Shown here in pieces: positions 50,101 to 64,000 of a DNA stretch of 64,000 nucleotides. Made by a program: the position numbers and the translations under genes. The notes below the pieces were generated by a model. That model did no database searches and had not been told where the DNA came from. It was given only the letters and a program-made list of their open reading frames with translations. This DNA comes from Macrostomum hystrix. Lineage: Eukaryota; Animalia; Platyhelminthes. How positions within the stretch are numbered: the stretch's first letter is position 1; each line of letters opens with the position of its first letter. Location: the NCBI GenBank assembly GCA_950097015.1, contig CATNEN010000013.1, forward strand, positions 372,001 to 436,000, read 5' to 3'.

Positions 50101-53100
50101 AGAATCCCTTATACATTAGAGCCTCAATTAGAATCCCTTATACATTAGAGCCTCAATTAGAATCCCTTATACATTAGAGCCTCAATTAGAATCCCTTATA
50201 CATTAGAGCCTCAATTAGAATCCCTTATATATTAGAGCCTCAATTAGAATCCCTTATACATTAGAGCCTCAATTAGAATCCCTTATACATTAGAGCCTCA
50301 ATTAGAATCACTTATACATTAGAGCCTCAATTAGAATCCCTTATACATTAGATTAGAGCCTCAATTAGAATTCCCATACATTAGAGCCTCAATTAGAATC
50401 CCTTATACATTAGAGCCTCAATTAGAATCCCTTATACATTAGAGCCTCAATTAGAATCCCTTATACATTAGAGCCTCAATTAGAATCCCTTATACATTAG
50501 AGCCTCAATTAGAATCCCTTATACATTAGAGCCTCAATTAGAATTCCCATACATTAGAGCCTCAATTAGAATCCCTTTTACATTAGATTAGAGCCTCAAT
50601 TAGAATCCCTTATACATTAGAGCCTCAATTAGAATTCCCATACATTAGAGCCTCAATTAGAATCCCTTTTACATTAGATTAGAGCCTCAATTAGAATCCC
50701 TTATACATTAGAGCCTCAATTAGAATTCCCATACATTAGAGCCTCAATTAGAATTCCCATACATTAGAGCCTCAATTAGAATTCCCATACATTAGAGCCT
50801 CAATTAGAATCCCTTATACATTAGAGCCTCAATTAGAATACCTTATACATTAGAGCCTCAATTAGAATCCCTTATACATTAGAGCCTCAATTAGAATCCC
50901 TTATACATTAGAGCCTCAATTAGAATCCCTTATACATTAGAGCCTCAATTAGAATTCCCATACATTAGAGCCTCAATTAGAATCCCTTATACATTAGAGC
51001 CTCAATTAGAATCCCTTATACATTACAGCCTCAATTAGAATCCCTTATACATTAGATTAGAGCCTCAATTAGAATTCCCATACATTAGAGCCTCAATTAG
51101 AATCCCTTATACATTAGAGCCTCAATTAGAATCCCTTATACATTAGAGCCTCAATTAGAATCCCTTATACATTAGAGCCTCAATTAGAATCGTCACCATT
51201 AGAGACCCAATTAGAATCGCTGCTTTGGAGCCTCAGTTAGAATACCTACTTCATGCATATAAATAATTTTTTAACATTACGATGCTTATTTAGCCACCTT
51301 TGACACAGAAGTCGGTCACCAGCTCATCAAAGAGAGCTTCCAACTGTTGGTACTGGTCGAGAGCTTCTTCAAACAGGGACAGAGATTCGTACACAGCCGC
51401 CAGCTCCTCTTGATAATTGAAGAATTCAAAATAGTTGCACCTGCGCTCGCGGCAATTGCGGCGCAGAATTTCAATGTGATTCTCGTAGGCCGCAATCAGC
51501 TTCTGATATGAGGTCTTGATCAGCTGACCAAGGGTGTACAACAATTGCGACCAGCTGTCCTTAACCAGATTGTCCTCGAGTCTGAACGGGTCGTACAGTA
51601 CCACAACCCTGGAATGGAGAAAACTCAATGTGCACCTCCAGACGACATGGTTAATAGAAAAGGGCTGCGATTGTACATTAACATTTGTTGAATCCAGCGA
51701 ATCAGGATTCTGTCGATCAGGATTCTGTGAATGAGGATTCTGTGAATGAGGATTCTGTGAATGAGGATTCTGTGAATGAGGATTCTGTGAATAAGGATTC
51801 TGTGAATGAGGATTCTGTGAATGAGGATTCTGTGAATGAGGATTCTGTGAATGAGGATTCTGTGAATGAGGATTCTGTGAATGAGGATTCTGTGAATGAG
51901 GATTCTGTGAATGAGGATTCTGTGAATGAGGATTCTGTGAATGAGGATTCTGTGAATGAGGATTCTGTGAATGAGGATTCTGTGAATGAGGATTCTGTGA
52001 ATGAGGATTCTGTGAATGAGGATTCTGTGAATGAGGATTCTGTGAATGAGGATTCTGTAAATCAGGATTCTGTGAATCAGGATTCTGTGAATCAGGATTC
52101 TGTGAATGAGGATTCTGTAAATCAGGATTCTGTGAATCAGGATTCTGTGAATCAGGATTCTGTGAATCAGGATTCTGTGAATGAGGATTCTGTAAATCAG
52201 GATTCTGTGAATCAGGATTCTGTGAATCAGGATTCTGTGAATGAGGATTCTGTGAATCAGGATTCTGTGATTCATAATTCTGTCCATAGCCTTTTTGTTT
52301 CTTTGCTAGGTTGTATATTCGAATGCATGCACATGCACTTCTTAGACAAGTTCTTTCTGAAGAAAAGATGTAAAAATCCCGAATAATCTAACAGCTTCAC
52401 TTTACAGTTTAGAACTTTAAATAAGCATCTACAGAAATCTTTAGATTTTCAATGAGCTACGAAGCAAGTATTATTATTTTTAGTCTATGGCCGAACCTTA
52501 ATTCAGCAAGTGCACAGCTCACTTACCTATCAGGATTCTGCCTACAATAATCAGCTTTGATTTTGTCAGCTAGCACTGGTTTGACCTTTGATCTGGGCTT
52601 GCCGGCGCAGTCTTCGCCAATCACCAGCACCATCCAGTCTGTTATGCAGCGCCGCTCCAGTGCCCGAAGCCAGGCTTCAAGGCGTTGTCCGCACGCCTTG
52701 GAGACTGGGCCAGAGATGTTCTGGTAGGTTTTTTTAAAAGGGCTATTAGGAAATTCAGGTTTAACCATGATCAGGGTAGTATACCAGTAGCATCCAAAAA
52801 TGTATAAAAAAGCTCACCTCGGCTATCATAAAGATGTGCACTAATGGCCTGCCAATCACGCTAGCAGCTTCCACTGTTTGGGGCAGGTCACTTTCAGAGT
52901 AATTCACAAATTCGCACTGCATGTGAACATCATGATCTGTATTGCCTCTGTTGGTGTTGAATGTTGGTTGATGAATGTAAAGTGGTGAGAATATATATAA
53001 TACTACCATGTGCATGTATGAAAAGTCTAATAGATATTTTTGACTTAACACTCACATTCTATAAGAAATTGGCTGAGTTGGTAAGTTGAGCTGGATCAGC

Positions 53101-53505
53101 TGTTGCAGTTTGACATAGTAGGATGTTGTACCAAACCCTAAACAATTGAAATGTTAAAATTAAACAAATTATCTTTTGTTGAAGTTTTTAAATATATTTA
53201 TAACTTTTATCACATCCTAATGCTTTGTCCTAATTTATTTTGCCATTTTACCCTCTAAAATACAAGCATAAAATATACAGAGCTCTACACTAAATTGATT
53301 ATCTATGCATGAAAATAGTTGGAACACATCTGCCAGCAAAAAATAGAAAGAAAACGGATTCTTTGCTAGCTAACAACTCAATTAAAAAAGTATAAAACAA
53401 GCCAAAGCTGAGCTTGATTTATTTATCAACAAGTTAAGTACTTTCTATTTTTATGAAAACAATAGAAAGTGACTTACATGATATAATCGGTTTATATAAA
53501 GCCAT
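44021..53505 (-). CDS. TRAPPC10: Trafficking protein particle complex subunit 10 (TRAPPII, Trs130 homolog); 13 exons: 53505-53478, 53137-53056, 52947-52818, 52720-52527, 51608-51298, 49692-49439, 48684-48358, 48281-48190, 47889-47272, 47037-46599, 45817-45258, 45178-45064, 44200-44021; ~1109 aa
   Basis: Segments match recalled TRAPPC10 motifs in order: KPII, DWMVLV..DKIKADYC, F..QEELA.VYE..LFEEAL.QY..LEALF, YLFSR.C, L.SLG.LCGL, GR.R.A, GW, AYLWEL. All junctions are GT-AG with compatible phases; total 3330 nt is divisible by 3. Confidence 0.88.
44270..45000. repeat. 15-bp intronic array (TTTGACTCTTTGGGA / TATGAC..)
   Basis: Fills TRAPPC10 intron 12. Confidence 0.95.
45950..46520. repeat. 20-bp intronic array (AACGCTTCTCTAACAACCCA)
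   Basis: Fills TRAPPC10 intron 10. Confidence 0.92.
47075..47195. repeat. 10-bp intronic array (GATAGAATGG)
   Basis: TRAPPC10 intron 9. Confidence 0.85.
47925..48170. repeat. 17-bp intronic array (CCTGAGGTCATGAAGGG)
   Basis: TRAPPC10 intron 8. Confidence 0.93.
48750..49430. repeat. Degenerate ~30-33-bp intronic array (GGGGTGAGAAAAC..TTCTTTAAAAAGGA)
   Basis: TRAPPC10 intron 6. Confidence 0.85.
49750..51190. repeat. 28/29-bp intronic array (TTAGAGCCTCAATTAGAATCCCTTATACA) x~50
   Basis: TRAPPC10 intron 5. Confidence 0.97.
51700..52275. repeat. 15-bp intronic array (GAGGATTCTGTGAAT) x~38
   Basis: TRAPPC10 intron 4; the EDSVN and HRILI ORFs are by-products. Confidence 0.97.
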
Positions 53506-55747
53506 GTTCAGATTTGGGTGGCCTTAAGTTATTTCTTGATTGCCTAATTGGAAGTCACACAGTAACTATGATGTTATTATCAGATAACAATAAGTTATCT
53601 GATCGTATGTAGAAAATATAAAGATAAAAAAATACTATTTAATAGTATAAGTGCTGCGACATAGGGTTTTCTTAGAAAGTATAATTTAAATTTGAATTTA
53701 TCGCGCGCAATATAGGACAAGTTATCGTGCTTAATAATATCTTCTAATTTACATTTTACAAATAAACATTTGCCGCACTAATGTAAAGTAACCAAGACTG
53801 CCCAAGTGAAATGTAAAGGCCATATAAGTCAGAGAGTCAATATGAATTAAAGCTGCAAATATTTTAATTTGTTCATAAATAAAATATAAAGCCATCGCAG
53901 GTTAAACAAAACGTTCTTGTGGTGTTCTTGATTGTATGCGTATTTTCACACATACTTTAAAAATTTGTCAGAAAACGTTGCGAAAAATGGGTTATTCAGA
54001 GTCACAATATATAATAAAATAACACATAACCTTGAGCCTATTCATAAAATGGCTAGACTGGCTTCTGTGTGAGCCAAATGTACTATATGCTTAGTTAGCT
54101 TATATCACCACTCTACCATCATCGTCCCAGTACAAATACCAGTACTACGAGTGTGAAGATTCAGACTCTCTAGCTGGCCATATAGATAGCCTTCCGACGC
54201 TGCTCTGTAGCCTGTTGGTTAGAGCAGGCGAGGAATAGGATCTGATATTAGTGTATGCAATAACCAATAGGCCTAATAAGATTTATTGCATATTTATAAA
54301 TTTATATGAAACTATATAAACTATAGAATGGAGCAGGCAGGCTAGTTCTATGGCCACCTAGAAGTAGAATGTCAGACTTTTCATGCTCTAACATACTTAA
54401 CTTTGTATGGTCTAAGGATGCTGGAATAGATATAATCTAAATTAAAGTCTTCCTGTTTGCATTTTTATTTCTAATTTTTGTAAATCAGTGTTGAGTAGTA
54501 TTAGGGTAATGTATCATCAACCGAACAATGTATCTTCAAAACCGAACAAGAATTTTGACTTCTTTCTTGGTCTCGTGCAAGACAGAAACAAGCTATTGTG
54601 TTTCACAGAACAACTAATTTGAAAGTTTAAGAAATTATCTACAAGCTGAGGCATGATGTGCAATGAAGCATTAAGAGGAAAGAAAGATATTGATGTTTCA
54701 GTAGAAATTTTTATTGCAAAAGCATACTTTTTAACAACATATTTTCAGTATGTACTTTAGACGAAGATTGTATGTGGTTGCTTGCCAATTAAATGACCAT
54801 AAATGTAGTTATTTATAGAGCATGAAAAATGCTTTTAAATTACTTAATTCATGATAGTTCACTCCTTAAAAGAAGATTAAACCACTCACTCAAATTGTAA
54901 AACCAAACATTAAATTCTCTGTTTGGTTTGAAGATACATGAAAATCATTGTTCGATTTTAGATAAAAAGCAGGAATAACTTTTTTATATTTGACAAAATA
55001 GCAAAAGCAGATACTTTGTAGAAAGATGTAACTGTTTTCTATAACTTGGCTTTTGATTTATCATCATATCTTAAATAGAAAATCTTTAGCTTAGGTTTGA
55101 AGTTAAAAAATACACATTCTTGTTTGGTTGATGATACATTACCCTACTATTTCTATATAATGTAAAATCTGTTAAAAGTGTCATTTAATTATAGGGAGAT
55201 GTTTCATTTCATTGCATTTATTTTAACAGTTGGTATTAAAATGTTATTTACCTTTAACTCAAATTATTTGCTATAAAAACATATTTTTGATGCTAATTGT
55301 TATGGCTTTAATTAGCTAATTTGTGGGATTACTCTTTGTAGTATAGAAAGTCTCAATAGCTGAACACTAATTTTGATAGAAGTCTGTATAATTTTTGTCT
55401 GAAAACTAATTTAATTTACCAAGTCTAGTCATTTTTTAAGTAGAGGCATTACTGGCAATATTGTAGTTAGTTTTTGTCATTTTTTAACATTTGAATAGGT
55501 GCCTACATAAAAATTTGATTTTGACCTTGGTTTTGGCCATAGAAAAATGATAAGGCATGTCTATAGGCCTAGTTGGCTCCAAGTCAAACTTTATGGTTTT
55601 GGCCATAGGCATGATGTTTTAGGCCCTAGGGTTTAGTAGCTAGGCCTTTAAAATGAGTGTTCAATATGCAAGTCACTTTTAATTTTTTAAAATTATAATA
55701 AATTGTGCTTAATTTGATCTTAGACATTTACTTGCAGCCAGATCAGC

Positions 55748-60747
<5,000 letters not shown>

Positions 60748-61285
60748 GATGGTAAAAATATCCCAGTTTTGGTTATCTCCCGCAAACTCTGCTCATATAT
60801 CCAGCTTAGTGATTCACATTTATTCATTAAAATCAAATGCCAAAATAAATTAAATTGTTTTTTTTCTGTCGACAAGAACATTTCCTATTGTTTAAAGATT
60901 TAAGATCAAAACATATATAGAGCAAATGTATATCTATATTTATTCTATGCGACATCATGCTGAAGCACCAAATTGAACTCAAATTTTATTGCTTTCCGAT
61001 TTTGTTAGTGCAAATAAAGGACAGATTTATGTTTCTTCTGATTATACCCGTGCGCCATCCTATATAGTTGTGTATGATTTTAAGTAGTTATTATTACTAC
61101 AAGTATAATATAAAGTAAGTCCTGCTGCTTCCAGCTAGCTAAAGAAAATAAACAATTATTATGATAATTGAAAAATCTTATCTGCCAACACGCTTATAAG
61201 CGTTCGTCTTATTTTATAAATAGACGGCTATTGCAAGGGTCTTCTGTTCTATAACATAATAACAAAATGATGAAACCAAAGTTTA

Positions 61286-61397
61286 AGAGTTAAATGTCTT
61301 GCTGAAGGACACTAATTGTATCAGGGTAGTCGGGAATCGAACCCCCGACCTTCAAGTGTTGAGTCTCTGTAACCACTCTAACCACAGAGCTACAACC
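61286..61397 (-). mobile_element. tRNA-derived SINE, 5' fragment (copy 3)
   Basis: Homologous to 9262-9369 (AGAGTTAA.TGTCTTGCT.AAGGACAC, GTCGGGAATCGAACCCCCGACCTTCAAG, GCTACAACC). Confidence 0.75.
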
Positions 61398-61994
61398 AGT
61401 ATAGGTCACATTGAAATATCATTTGAGCTAATGCGAGCGAGGCAAGTGTATATAATTTTATAATGAAAATTTATCAAACAACTCGTTTATTGTATCGATT
61501 GAGGCGGTGGATAAATCAATATTTTGCCTGGAATTGTTCGTTGTGAGCAAGCAATCCAAGCTAGCCAAGAGTTGTTATCTAACAATTTCATAAAACACAA
61601 GCTTTTAAGCAAGCTAAAACTAAAACATAAGCACGGCATAGGAATTGAATTCATCCAAGAAACTATTAGACAACAGTAAATATTCGTGCTACAATCAGAA
61701 TAGTCTACTGTACAACAAAGACATCAGGTCTTAGAACACGGTACACGTTGCATTAATAACAATTTCAGAATGAATGTTGAAGCACATGAGCTTATCGGAC
61801 ATTGATAAAATAATATGCCTTACAAGTTCAGAGATTGATTGATTAGTGGATTACCAAATCGCTATTATGACCCACATTAGTAACGAAAATCAACAGAAGC
61901 TAACTCTGGCTACGATAATTATATGATTAGTAAGATAAAATAATAAGCCAAGAAATATGAGATGAGAGGCTGCACCTTTACGTAACCAGAGCGC

Positions 61995-62240
61995 AGAGTG
62001 GGTGTCAGGCCTGAACATCAGGGAGGGAGTGGGTGTCAGGCCTGAACATCAGGGAGGGAATGGGTGTCAGGCCTGAACATCAGGGAGGGAATGGGTGTCA
62101 GGCCTCAACACCAGGGAGGGAATGGGTGTCAGGCCTCAACACCAGGGAGGGAATGGGTGTCAGGCCTCAACATCAGGGAGGGAGTGGGTGTCAGGCCTGA
62201 ACACCAGGGAGGGAATGGGTGTCAGGCCTGAACATCAGGG
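61995..62240. repeat. 31-bp array (GGGTGTCAGGCCTGAACATCAGGGAGGGAAT) x~8
   Basis: Just downstream of the UVRAG stop. Confidence 0.93.
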
Positions 62241-62314
62241 TGTGGAAACTGTTGTTTTGAAGTGACAGCCCAGAAACTAAGCTTGTGGTCTTCTATTGAT
62301 CACAGCGCAAGTAT

Positions 62315-63982
62315 TCAAGCAGATCGAACGCTCAAAGACGGGCTGGTGCCGGGCCTTGGCAGCAGACAGTCGCCGCTGACCGAATCGGCGCTGCCCGGAG
62401 TCACCGACACGGCGGCCGCTGCAGCCGCCACCGCTACAGCGGCTTCGCTGTCGGACGCCGGATCGGATGATGAAGCTACGGCGATGCCAGATGCCGAAAC
62501 CAAGGGCCGCTCAATCTGAAAGCCCAGGGGACAGACGGACTTGTCGCTGGCTGGCAGTAGGACATTTTCGGATGGCTGACCGGCCAGGAAGCCGAGAAGT
62601 TCGCGCAGATTTTGCGCTGTAGCTCGCAGATTCGGAGGTCGCCTGGTGTTTAAACCGGCGTTGCACCACAGGCCGTAGATGTTCAAATTGAGTAGGAAGA
62701 CGCCGCGCAGAAAGTAGCTGCGCTCCTTGCCCCTACTGTAGAGCGGGAATTCGCGATCGGCAAAGTTTAGAATGACGTCGTCGCGAACGCGTGATTTCGA
62801 GCCGCGACAAATCAGACAGTGACGCTGAGGGGAGTGATGATCGGAATATTTTCACACCGAGAACATCCTGGCTAACTCCTCCGAAGGAGGAATTCCGCTC
62901 GGTAAATTTTAATTGCTATCAAACCTTCATGGAACTAACTGAATTCTGTAAACATGTTCTGAACAGCTGAAAATGTAGCGAAGCGGTTGAGGCAAACAAA
63001 TATCATTTCAAATTTTGTATTCGTAGTCCTAGGAGACCCCGGCTGTCCTGTCTACTGAGCGTAAATGGGAATTTTGCTTTGCCCCACTCCCGCGCTAGTG
63101 AAATTTCGGGGTTTGCTTCTAGTCTCCATGTTCAGAGATCATTAAGGGAACCCAACGATGCAATGATTATAAAGCTTTTTATTTATCAATAACCGAAGCC
63201 TTCCAGCCTTACCAGGGGGCAGTCCATAACTGACGCAATCAGCTGGGTGAGCTGGGCAGTCATGCCGAATGCGGCCGCATATTTGGCCTCCTCGGCGCTA
63301 CTGAGCCGGCCCTCTAATCGTTTCGACACCGGCAAGGGCACGTCTGCGATGCTCTCGTCGCCTAGACGAAAAATTGCGGCCAGCTGGTCGAACCAGGCCC
63401 GACGCTGGTCGGCTAGCTGGGCGCGGGCCTGCTGCAGCTCCAGCTGGCCTACGCGCAGGCTGGAACACCCCGACCGGACAGAGTCTGCGGCAGCTTCAGC
63501 GGCGACGCTCACTGCAGAGCGGCCAAGAAGTTTTCGAGTTTGAGTTTGACTAGCAGCGGAGAGATAGACACCGAAAAAAACCAAACAATGGCCGGAACTC
63601 ACGCGCGGCAAGGTTATCTGCTAGCTGGCTGGTCTCCTGACGCAGCGCGGCCAGTCGCTGGCGCCATTCGTCTAGCATAGCGGCCTGGCCGGCCACCTGG
63701 CTGCGTCGCAGTCGTACCAGGGCGCGCATTTCCTCTGCGCGGCGTCGGCCAGCCAGCGGGCGTTCAGCTTCGGCCAGTTGACGCCTGACGGCCAGCTGAT
63801 CGGCTTCCAACTCGACGGAGCGCAGCCCGGCTGCTATGAGGCGGCGCATTCCGGTGAGACTGTAGGAGCTGGAATGCTCTCTGCGACTCCGATTGGGCAG
63901 TACTGCGCCAGCCAATGGGCAGGCGAGCGGGCCGCGATTGGCCAGGAAAGTGACGCCCTTAAGGCGCAAGACCAGTGTGGGT
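62315..63982 (-). CDS. UVRAG: UV radiation resistance-associated protein (Vps38 homolog), 3' part; exons ~63982-63603, ~63549-63213 (possibly split by a 53-nt intron), 62824-62315; 5' end outside window
   Basis: LRLKGVTFL..SYS...RRL (end of C2 region), coiled coil, QLAAIF..IADVPLP..AAAFGMTAQL..LIA..MDCPL, then RGSKSRVRD..REFPLY..G..F..GVFLLN.NI, matching the recalled UVRAG BARA2-like region. The 63603-63450 junction is uncertain. Confidence 0.85.
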
Positions 63983-64000
63983 CTAAAAGTACATTGAGAT

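Noticed and set aside
51625-52386. (EDSVN)n and (HRILI)n ORFs
   Set aside because: Pure 15-bp intronic array.

Overview
This is eukaryotic, intron-containing animal DNA, not prokaryotic; I found no CRISPR array, rRNA or operon. The many intronic minisatellites, short introns and GC-rich exons suggest an invertebrate such as the flatworm Macrostomum (inference only). From left to right: two tandem PKA-catalytic-like kinase genes (one intron each) lie between the arms of a ~0.6-0.9 kb inverted duplication, and each arm carries a signal-peptide exon. Next come tRNA-derived SINE copies, two near-identical divergent-loop cyclophilin genes, a decayed Ty3/Gypsy RT plus LTR, and a candidate novel 4-exon His/acidic heptad-repeat gene. 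These are followed by a Frizzled-4-like gene, a ~13 kb stretch of successive minisatellites, a 13-exon TRAPPC10 gene that appears C-terminally short, a 6-exon V-ATPase subunit A gene head-to-head with it, and the 3' part of UVRAG. About 30 distinct tandem arrays (10-58 bp units) account for most of the long repetitive ORFs in the track. Several arrays are built from, or start at, splice-site sequences. All gene models were assembled by hand from GT/AG signals, phase checks and recalled protein motifs; no database search was run.
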